A stretch of DNA of 64,000 nucleotides from Nitrospirota bacterium (GTDB taxonomy: Bacteria > Nitrospirota > UBA9217). The position numbers and the translations under genes are program-made. This document shows positions 9,222-17,151 of the stretch, piece after piece. Within the stretch, counting starts at the first letter, position 1. Every line of letters begins with the position of its first letter. The DNA lies in NCBI GenBank assembly GCA_963845065.1, contig CAWJQQ010000001.1:1088001-1152000 (forward strand), read 5' to 3'. The notes under the pieces are model-generated. The model did no database searches and was not told the origin of the DNA. It saw nothing but the letters and a program-made list of their open reading frames with translations.

Positions 9222-9863
9222 ATGAAGGTCAAGGTGGTCACGCGCATACTCGAAGCGAACGACCGTATCGCCGGGGAAAACCGGCAACGATTTGACGATG
9301 CCGGCCTTTACGTCATCAACCTCATGGGCGCGCCGGGAGCAGGCAAAACGTCGCTCCTGGAGCGGACGATCAAGGCCCTCAAGCCGCACAGGAAGATCGG
9401 CGTGATCGAAGGGGACATCGTGGGATCGGACGATGCAGAGAGGATCGGCGCCCTCGACGTCCCGGTGGTCCAGATCAATACCGGCGGCGCGTGCCACCTG
9501 GACGCGAACATGATCAATGAAGTGCTGGACGAGATGCCGCTTACGGACCTCGACCTCCTGATCATCGAGAACGTGGGAAACCTCGTCTGCCCGGCCGAGT
9601 TCAAGGTCGGGGAAGACATGAAGATGATGGTCCTGTCCGTTGCCGAGGGGCACGACAAACCGCTCAAGTACCCGCTCATGTTCAGGGAATCCGGCGCCCT
9701 GGTCCTGAACAAGGTCGACCTCCTGCCGTACATGAACACGGACATCAACAAGATGCGGAACGATTCCCTGGCACTCAATCCGAACCTGAAGATCTTCGAA
9801 GTCTCCTGCGCTACCGGCGCCGGGATCGACCAGTGGGCTCAATGGCTGAACGGGCTCAAATAG
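9222..9863 (+). CDS. hypB: Hydrogenase nickel incorporation GTPase
   Basis: GAPGAGKT, TGGACHLDA, ENVGNLVCPAEF, DKPLKYP, NKVD. Confidence 0.96.
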   Translation: MKVKVVTRILEANDRIAGENRQRFDDAGLYVINLMGAPGAGKTSLLERTIKALKPHRKIGVIEGDIVGSDDAERIGALDVPVVQINTGGACHLDANMINEVLDEMPLTDLDLLIIENVGNLVCPAEFKVGEDMKMMVLSVAEGHDKPLKYPLMFRESGALVLNKVDLLPYMNTDINKMRNDSLALNPNLKIFEVSCATGAGIDQWAQWLNGLK

Positions 9864-12241
9864 TAGTCAAGGGCATTGTCCAGGGCGTCGGCTTTAGACC
9901 CTATGTCTACAACCTTGCCAGAGCCCTTGGTCTCAAGGGATATGTAACGAACACCAGCGAGGGCGTTTTTATCGATGTTGAAGGCGTAAAAGTACCAGAT
10001 TTTCTTCAACGTCTTCGCATTGAAGCCCCACCACTTTCCCGGATCACCGATCTCTCAATAACGCCGCAAAATGTGCACGGTTACAGCGATTTTACTATTC
10101 AGAAGAGTCTCGAACAAACTGCAAAACTTCCATTCACGCTCATATCGCCCGATGTATCAATATGCGACGCTTGCCTGCATGAGATGCTTGATCCCACTGA
10201 TCGCCGTTATCTTTATCCATTCATCAACTGCACGAATTGCGGGCCGCGGTACTCAATAACATGTGCAATACCTTATGATAGGCCGAACACCACCATGTCG
10301 AGCTTCGCTCAATGTCCGCTCTGCCGGAAGGAATATGATGATCCGGGAAACCGGAGGTTTCATGCGCAGCCAAACGCATGTCCTACCTGCGGTCCGGAAG
10401 TCGAATTCAAGACTCAGAGTTCCGAGTCAGGAGTAAAAGGAACTGAAGCGATACAAAAAACTGTCGATCTCTTAAAACATGGGGGTATCGTTGCAGTCAA
10501 AGGATTAGGTGGCTTTCATCTTGCCTGTGATGCAACGAATGATGCTGCCGTAAAACGGTTGCGTGAGAAAAAAAGGAAGAGCAATAAACCCTTTGCCGTC
10601 ATGTCCTTTGATATTGAATACATAGAACAATTTAGTTTCCTTTCAAACAGAGAAAGAGAAGTTTTGCTGTCGATCCGGCGACCTATTGTCCTGTTACGCA
10701 AAAAGGACGATGGGTGCCTTTCCGCTAGTGTAGCACCGAATAATAAATATTTGGGGACCATGTTACCATACACACCATTGCATTACCTGCTTTTCTCCCA
10801 ACCATCCAGGGTTCAATCGGTCATTGATAAACCGCATTTTCTCGCCTTGGTCATGACGAGCGGTAACCTGTCCGAAGAACCGATAGTACGGGATAACACC
10901 GAAGCGCTACGCAAGCTGTCCGATATTGTAGATGGGTTCCTTGTTCACAATAGGAACATTTTCATGAGACTCGATGATTCAGTCGTCCGAGTGCGAAACG
11001 CGGCGTGCGCCGTTCGTAGTGATACTAACCGGGGATCCCGAGCTCAGAGCACGGAGCTAATGTTTATTCGTCGTTCCCGTGGATATGCGCCTGATCCCAT
11101 AGCACTTCACGATGACGGGCCCGAGGTACTCGGCTGCGGTGCTGACCTGAAAAATACTTTCACTTTGACGAAAGGTAAGTTTGCCGTTCCAAGTCAGCAT
11201 ATAGGGGACATGGAAAACTTTGAGACTTTAAATTTTTATGAAGAATGCTTGTCGAACCTAAAAGCTGTTTACCGGGCTGCACCAAAAGCTATCGTCCATG
11301 ATCTGCATCCAGGTTATCTCTCAACTCGGTGGGCAGAGGAACAAGTAACGTCTAAAAAGGGGCAGGGGACAAGAGAGTCAGAACTGAAGCTATTTGCCAT
11401 TCAACACCATTATGCTCATATTGGATCTGTAATGGCTGAGCACGGTTTGACACAAAAAGTAATCGGCGTTGCTTTTGACGGAACCGGCTTTGGCACTGAT
11501 GGTAATCTCTGGGGAGGAGAGTTTCTCATCGCTGATATCGATGGCTTCGAAAGGGAAGGACATTTTAGTTATATCGCTCTCCCTGGAGGTGAATCGGCAA
11601 TAAAAGAACCCTGGAAGACTGCAGTGAGTTTTGTTATGGCTGCTGCGGATGACAAAACCCGGAAGTATCTTCAACGAGCTGGGTTTTATCAGAAATACGG
11701 AGAAGCAAACATTGAGCAGGTCATGCTAGTCGCCCGCTCTCGCGAATTTTCTCCACTCTCGTCAGGCGCAGGAAGACTATTCGATGCGGTTTCTGCCTTG
11801 ATTGGCGTCTGCGACCGGAATACCTTCGAAGGTGAAGCGGCCATGGCCCTTGAGTCATTGACTCAAAAGGGGATCGAAAACGAATATGCCGTTGAGTTCA
11901 AATCGAAGAATGGACAAACTATCATAGACTACTCTCCGATATTTGTAAGGATAATCGATGACTTGGACCAGAATGTCGCGAAAGAAATAATCGCGACAAA
12001 GTTTCATAATACTGTTGCGTCCGTTGTTTGTTCTATGGTCAGGCATATGCATAAAAAGACCGAAATTAACGTAGTGGCTTTGAGCGGTGGTACGTTTCAG
12101 AACCATTATCTTTTGGATAGGCTAACGTCAGTGCTGAACCAGGACGGTCTTACAATCGTGACGAATCAAAACGTTCCTTGTAACGATGCTTGCATCTCTC
12201 TTGGTCAGGCGTATCTAGTCAGGGAACGGCTCAAAAAATAA
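9842..12241 (+). CDS. hypF: Carbamoyltransferase
   Basis: Acylphosphatase GIVQGVGFRP, zinc fingers CxxC...CTNCGPR and CxxC...CPTCGP, QHHYAH, DGTGFG, ISLGQ. Confidence 0.96.
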   Translation: MAERAQIVVKGIVQGVGFRPYVYNLARALGLKGYVTNTSEGVFIDVEGVKVPDFLQRLRIEAPPLSRITDLSITPQNVHGYSDFTIQKSLEQTAKLPFTLISPDVSICDACLHEMLDPTDRRYLYPFINCTNCGPRYSITCAIPYDRPNTTMSSFAQCPLCRKEYDDPGNRRFHAQPNACPTCGPEVEFKTQSSESGVKGTEAIQKTVDLLKHGGIVAVKGLGGFHLACDATNDAAVKRLREKKRKSNKPFAVMSFDIEYIEQFSFLSNREREVLLSIRRPIVLLRKKDDGCLSASVAPNNKYLGTMLPYTPLHYLLFSQPSRVQSVIDKPHFLALVMTSGNLSEEPIVRDNTEALRKLSDIVDGFLVHNRNIFMRLDDSVVRVRNAACAVRSDTNRGSRAQSTELMFIRRSRGYAPDPIALHDDGPEVLGCGADLKNTFTLTKGKFAVPSQHIGDMENFETLNFYEECLSNLKAVYRAAPKAIVHDLHPGYLSTRWAEEQVTSKKGQGTRESELKLFAIQHHYAHIGSVMAEHGLTQKVIGVAFDGTGFGTDGNLWGGEFLIADIDGFEREGHFSYIALPGGESAIKEPWKTAVSFVMAAADDKTRKYLQRAGFYQKYGEANIEQVMLVARSREFSPLSSGAGRLFDAVSALIGVCDRNTFEGEAAMALESLTQKGIENEYAVEFKSKNGQTIIDYSPIFVRIIDDLDQNVAKEIIATKFHNTVASVVCSMVRHMHKKTEINVVALSGGTFQNHYLLDRLTSVLNQDGLTIVTNQNVPCNDACISLGQAYLVRERLKK

Positions 12242-12485
12242 TTTCCCTCATTTTATCACTCTTACCAAGAACACTCCATCCAAGCGACGTATTGGTTGTG
12301 GATGAATTGGTTGGCTTTAATCCCGGCGCCTAATAATAAAATGTTACTGGAGGAGACCTGTGTCTTTGGGTCAGGTTTTAGTGATTGAAGATCCTTTTCA
12401 GCTACTCCTCCATGGTGTTTCTGAGATCAAAACGGTTCAAAGTCTTTTAGTGATCCTTGAGTGATTGCTTGATCTTTGCAAAGAT

Positions 12486-13001
12486 TTAAGGAACCGAATT
12501 CAAGAACCATGCCGTTGAGTGCTCATTGGTTCCCCGTTCCCATGAAGAGTAGGGATGAGCGAAGTAACGCCGGATGCCAAGTCTTCTCGTGAGTTTTTCA
12601 TGCTTGGCATTCTCTGTTCCGTTAGCCAGAGTGAGCGTCCTTCTGGCTTTTAAAGGAAGACACCGAAACCGTTTGAGAACTGCCTTATTGGTCTCAGAAG
12701 CACTCTTCCGATCGATCTTAGTCAGAAGCAGGAGCCGACTCTTGCGTTCGGTCAAGCTGTTTAGGGTTGCCTTGCTTTTGCGAGAAATTAAACTGTCGTC
12801 CTCCCAGTGACCGTACTGCCGGCGACGCTCAACAGCCTCCGGTCTGGTATCGATTGGAATTCTATTGGGAATCTTGGTTTTGCGCTCTTTTCTCCCGATA
12901 CCTAGGTCGCCGTTTTCGGTGCCCTCGAATTAATCGGGCAATCATCTCCCCACGATGTGGTGTCTGGGGGTGATAAATATACTGATAAATTGCTTCATGA
13001 C
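12486..13001 (-). pseudogene. IS30-family transposase remnant
   Basis: HEAIYQYIY, GHWEDD, TERKSR, YFAHPYSSWERGTNE; frameshifted, DNG catalytic motif reads ANG, 5' part missing at the IS605 junction. Confidence 0.85.
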
Positions 13002-13088
13002 CAAAAGCCTTTCAACTCCGCAAGCCCCTGGCTTTATACATGGGTATAGGAGTTGTATTATACAACTATTTGCTGTATAATATGCTGT

Positions 13089-13493
13089 ATGATTGATATA
13101 AAGACGTATAAGTCCAATAATAATGTAGTTTACAGCTGTAAATATCATGTTGTGTGGTGTCCTAAGTACCGGAAGAGCGTGTTGACCGGCAGTATCGCCG
13201 GACGGTTGAAAGCAATTATCAGGGATGTGGTTTCCGAAAGAAAATCTGAAATTATTGAGATGGAGATAATGCCGGATCACGTACATTTAATTGTAGAGGT
13301 TGGTCCGCAGTATGGCATTCATCGGCTAGTCAAGCAGATAAAGGGCAGAAGCTCCAGACTGCTTCGTTCAGAATTCAAGGTTCTCCGGACCCGGATTCCA
13401 ACACTTTGGACCAACAGCTACTTTGTTTCTACCGTTGGTGGGGCGCCGTTGGCAGTTATCAAACAGTATATTGAACACCAGAAAGTTGTTTAA
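13089..13493 (+). CDS. tnpA: IS200/IS605 Y1 HUH transposase
   Basis: YHVVWCPKYR, PDHVHL (HUH), LWTNSYF, YIEHQ (catalytic Tyr). Confidence 0.95.
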   Translation: MIDIKTYKSNNNVVYSCKYHVVWCPKYRKSVLTGSIAGRLKAIIRDVVSERKSEIIEMEIMPDHVHLIVEVGPQYGIHRLVKQIKGRSSRLLRSEFKVLRTRIPTLWTNSYFVSTVGGAPLAVIKQYIEHQKVV

Positions 13494-13505
13494 TCAGGGA
13501 GTTGT

Positions 13506-15023
13506 ATGGAAAAGAAAACAACACCATCGTTTATCCATGAATTGTCTCTTCTGGTCAGTACATCTCAGGAGAAGATACTCCTCATGCGCATGGACGTGGC
13601 CCGGCAACTTTACAATGCCTGTCTCGGCGAATCTCTCAAACGCCTGGATCTCATGCGGGAATCCAAGCAATATCAAAAGGCACGCATTATACCCTATAAG
13701 GATAAGGGATTGCGTTCCGATGCATTTAAGGATGTGAATGAGAAGTTCGGTTTTTCAGCATACAGCTTGCACAAGTATGCTGGCGCGGCAAAGAACGCCT
13801 GCCACATCGGTGATCACCTGGATGTTCATACCGTCCAGAAAATCGCCACCCGAGCGTTTGATGCTGTCCAAAAATATGCGTTCAATAAAAGAGGTAGACC
13901 AAGGTTCAAAGGCAAGCATCAACTCTTAAGTTTTGAATCCAAGAGCAACGCCGCTGGCATACGTTTCCGCACAGACGAAAAGCAAAGCCGTATCGAGTGG
14001 ATTGGTCTTGAACTGCCCTGCTTATTCGACAAAAAAGACAAGCATGGCGTGCAGGCCCACGCCCTTTCCTGTAGGACAAAATATGTAAGGCTGGTCTGCA
14101 GGCGGATGCGCAGTAAAAACTACTTCTACGCCCAGCTAGTGCAGGAAGGGCTGCCGAAGCAGAAAACCAAAAACATCATCTCTGATGGTACAATCGCCCT
14201 GGATCTCGGCCCGTCTACGTATGCTATTTATACTCATGGCTACGCCGATCTTCAGCAGTTTTGTAAAGAGCTGGAACCGCTCGAAAAGACCATTAAACGA
14301 TTGCAACGGGCGCTCGATCGGTCACGAAGGGCCACAAACTCTGGGAATTATAACGCCGATGGCACAGTTAAAAAGGGTGCCAAGACTTGGACCAATTCAA
14401 AGAACTATCAGACGATACGGACCGCAGTATCAGAACTTCACCGGAAACAAGCCGCGCAGAGAAAATCTCTTCATGGCAAGCTAACCAATGAAGTTTTAAC
14501 ACTGGGAAATCACATTAATATTGAAACACTAAGCTACAAATCATTGCAGCATAATTTTGGTAAAAGCGTGGGCTTAAGGGCACCGGGAACCTTTGTATCA
14601 ATGCTTTCTCGCAAGGCTGAGAGTGCCGGCGGAAAAGTGATTGAACTCCCGACTCGAAAACTCAGGCTGTCTCAAACCTGCCATTGCGGAACAGTAAAGA
14701 AAAAACCGCTCTCGCAGCGGCAACATGTTTGTGAATGCGGAGTAGCAGCCCAACGGGACCTCTATTCCGCATATCTTGCGTATCACGTTCAAGATGGTGT
14801 TCTCGATACGGCTGAGGCAAGTAGATACTGGCCGGGTGCGGAACCGCTCCTTAAACAGGCGGTATCGAGATTGCAGCAACAATCTGCGAATGTGAGGAGT
14901 GCTTTCCCTTACAGCTTCGGTCTCAAACAACGTACTCGTTTGGGCCGGAGACAGAGCGGATCGCCTGTGAAAGAAGAACATGCCAAGATCGATGTCCGGG
15001 AAGTTGTAGCTGCTGGCATTTAA
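13506..15023 (+). CDS. tnpB: RNA-guided endonuclease TnpB, 505 aa
   Basis: RuvC-I ALDLG, RuvC-II NIETL, Zn ribbon CHCG...CECG, RuvC-III QRDLYSA; GRPRFK. Confidence 0.93.
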   Translation: MEKKTTPSFIHELSLLVSTSQEKILLMRMDVARQLYNACLGESLKRLDLMRESKQYQKARIIPYKDKGLRSDAFKDVNEKFGFSAYSLHKYAGAAKNACHIGDHLDVHTVQKIATRAFDAVQKYAFNKRGRPRFKGKHQLLSFESKSNAAGIRFRTDEKQSRIEWIGLELPCLFDKKDKHGVQAHALSCRTKYVRLVCRRMRSKNYFYAQLVQEGLPKQKTKNIISDGTIALDLGPSTYAIYTHGYADLQQFCKELEPLEKTIKRLQRALDRSRRATNSGNYNADGTVKKGAKTWTNSKNYQTIRTAVSELHRKQAAQRKSLHGKLTNEVLTLGNHINIETLSYKSLQHNFGKSVGLRAPGTFVSMLSRKAESAGGKVIELPTRKLRLSQTCHCGTVKKKPLSQRQHVCECGVAAQRDLYSAYLAYHVQDGVLDTAEASRYWPGAEPLLKQAVSRLQQQSANVRSAFPYSFGLKQRTRLGRRQSGSPVKEEHAKIDVREVVAAGI

Positions 15024-15195
15024 GGTAGTGAAAGGTTGTAGCGGCTGGCCTTTGCAGTCGTGAGAGCCCGGAAGAGTAATTGGATAAGGTTTTCAGAACC
15101 CCCTGGCTTCTGTCATGGGGAGGTTCAGGGGATATACAGTAGATTTGATATAAAAGCGCAGAGCGTATAGTGTATAATGGGACACGGGAGAGAAA

Positions 15196-15405
15196 ATGCC
15201 TGATATTCAAGACATGATCGGGAAAAAAGTCGAAGTTTCCGCAAACGGAATAATCTATAGCGGAGAGTTGATTGAGGTTTCGGATACCGAAGTATATCTT
15301 AAGGGGTCGATGCAGTGGCTTTCACTGCCGGCATCAGCCGTAAGCGAGATACGGCTGGCAGAATCCGAAAAGTCGAAAAATAAAGTATCTATTGAACCGA
15401 AATAA
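15196..15405 (+). CDS. Small hypothetical protein, possible Sm/LSm-like beta fold
   Basis: 69 aa; IGKKVEV..NGIIYSGELIEV.D..VYL pattern; SD GGAG upstream. Confidence 0.6.
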   Translation: MPDIQDMIGKKVEVSANGIIYSGELIEVSDTEVYLKGSMQWLSLPASAVSEIRLAESEKSKNKVSIEPK

Positions 15406-15762
15406 AACAAACACGTGTGAAGCAATCCGCAGACATTCGCTATCTGACTCCGTTTCATTTCCGCTATTTATTTTATTATGCGTTGTTTGGTTTCTGATAT
15501 ATCTGCTGAGGAGCATTTAATTGAAATCTGAAGAGCACCTAAAAGCAATCTTAGATAGAATATAGCACAGTGGTGTTTTTTAGTGACAGCAGGCATCAGT
15601 TCCATGTCTCTATTCGGGTGGGATACCCGGTTTACTCATTTTCACGTGTATAAGCGGGAATTACACATTTAGGCACGGAGAATTCTTAGTAAAAGGTTTT
15701 TTTGAAAAGCATTGTTCAACAGCACGCTTTCTTTATCAAATAGTGCCGTAAAATCCCTGGTT

Positions 15763-17139
15763 TTAGCCATGGGGCGTGTCAAATGCCGTTTCTATCCTGA
15801 GCTTTTTCAGTTTTCGGTACAACGTCGCAAGGTCGATCCCTAGTTTGCCAGCAACGGTTTCCTTGTTCCCCTTGTTTTCCGACATACTTCTTCTGATATA
15901 CTCACGCTCGAATTCATCAAGTGCATGTCTAAGCGAGGATGTGGAAACTCCTTCAATGTCCAGTATTCTGAATTTGTCTGGCAGGTCGTGTATGGTGATT
16001 ACTCCCCCATCCGCGAGCACTGTCGCCCGTTCAATGGTGTTCCGCAACTCGCGTACATTTCCCGGCCAGTCGTAGGCGAGCAAGGCCTGCATGGCTTCAT
16101 AATCGATGTCCTTGATATTTTTTCCCGATTCTTTAGCAAAGATTGCCAGATAATGTTTGATCAGTACAGGGATGTCGTCACGACGCTCGCGCAGGGCAGG
16201 CATCCTGATCTCGATAACGTTCAAACGGTAGTAGAGGTCCTCCCGAAACCGGCCTTCTTTGACGCGCTGCATGAGATCGGCATTTGTGGCTGCTATAATC
16301 CTCACATCGACTGCGATGACTCGGGTATCCCCAACTGGCATCAATTCTTTCGTCTGGATAACGTGGAGCAGCTTGACCTGCAGAGCTTGCGGCAGCTCGC
16401 CGATCTCGTCGAGAAAAAGTGTGCCGCTGGACGCCATAGTAATGAGACCTTTTTTGTCCTCGTTGGCAGAGGTGAAGGCACCTTTTTTGTGGCCAAACAG
16501 TTCACTTTCGAGCAGGTTCTCAGGGATGGCACCGCAATTGATGGAAATAAAGGGTTTACCTTTTCTCGGCCCGGACTCATGGATTGCCTGGGCCACTAGA
16601 CCCTTGCCAGTCCCGCTTTCTCCCGTGATCAGAATGTTGCTCTTGTTCGGGATCACCTTTTCCATGAACGTAAAGACTTTCTGCAATGGCTCGGAATTGC
16701 CGATGATGTTCGCGAATCCCTCACGCCGCTGGCTCAGCTCCTGTCGTAAAATCTGGTTTTCCATCTGAAGTGCACGACTTTGGATAATACGCTTGATCGT
16801 CATCCTTATTTCGTCATTGATGAAGGGCTTAGTGATGTAATCTACGGCCCCGGAACGCATTGCTTCAACTGCCGAGCCTACTGATGCAAAAGCAGTCATC
16901 ATGATCACCGAGGTTTCTGGGCAAATCTTCTGCGATTGTTTGAGGACCTCGAAACCGTCCATCTTCTCCATCTTGATATCCGTCATTATGATATCGAAAT
17001 TTTCCTTCTTGATAAATTCGATGGCCTGTTCACCGTTGTATGCCTCTTTGACGACATACCCTTCCTTTGTAAGCAGGATGTTCAAGGCTAGACAGATATC
17101 TTTTTCATCATCAACGACTAAAATGCTCGGTTTTTCCAT
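15763..17139 (-). CDS. Sigma54-dependent response regulator (NtrC family)
   Basis: Receiver domain, GESGTGK, ESELFGH.KGAFTSA, FLDEI, WPGNVREL, Fis-type HTH. Confidence 0.93.
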   Translation of the reverse strand: MEKPSILVVDDEKDICLALNILLTKEGYVVKEAYNGEQAIEFIKKENFDIIMTDIKMEKMDGFEVLKQSQKICPETSVIMMTAFASVGSAVEAMRSGAVDYITKPFINDEIRMTIKRIIQSRALQMENQILRQELSQRREGFANIIGNSEPLQKVFTFMEKVIPNKSNILITGESGTGKGLVAQAIHESGPRKGKPFISINCGAIPENLLESELFGHKKGAFTSANEDKKGLITMASSGTLFLDEIGELPQALQVKLLHVIQTKELMPVGDTRVIAVDVRIIAATNADLMQRVKEGRFREDLYYRLNVIEIRMPALRERRDDIPVLIKHYLAIFAKESGKNIKDIDYEAMQALLAYDWPGNVRELRNTIERATVLADGGVITIHDLPDKFRILDIEGVSTSSLRHALDEFEREYIRRSMSENKGNKETVAGKLGIDLATLYRKLKKLRIETAFDTPHG

Positions 17140-17151
17140 GGAAACCACTCC

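Larger units (their letters stand above)
13002..15128 (+). mobile_element. Complete IS200/IS605-family element (tnpA + tnpB)
   Basis: Left end CAAAAG...CAAGCCCCTGGCTTTATACATGGG; right end GAACCCCCTGGCTTCTGTCATGGGGAGGTTCAG; target TGAC at 12998-13001; no target duplication. Confidence 0.9.

Noticed and set aside
5002..9842. Many long antisense and alternate-frame ORFs over the hydrogenase operon
   Set aside because: Expected shadow ORFs in GC-rich coding DNA; no motifs or ribosome-binding sites.
15129..15180. Continuation of the IS30 transposase beyond the IS605 right end
   Set aside because: Joining the flanks gives no WSPEQI-like IS30 sequence upstream of HEAIY.
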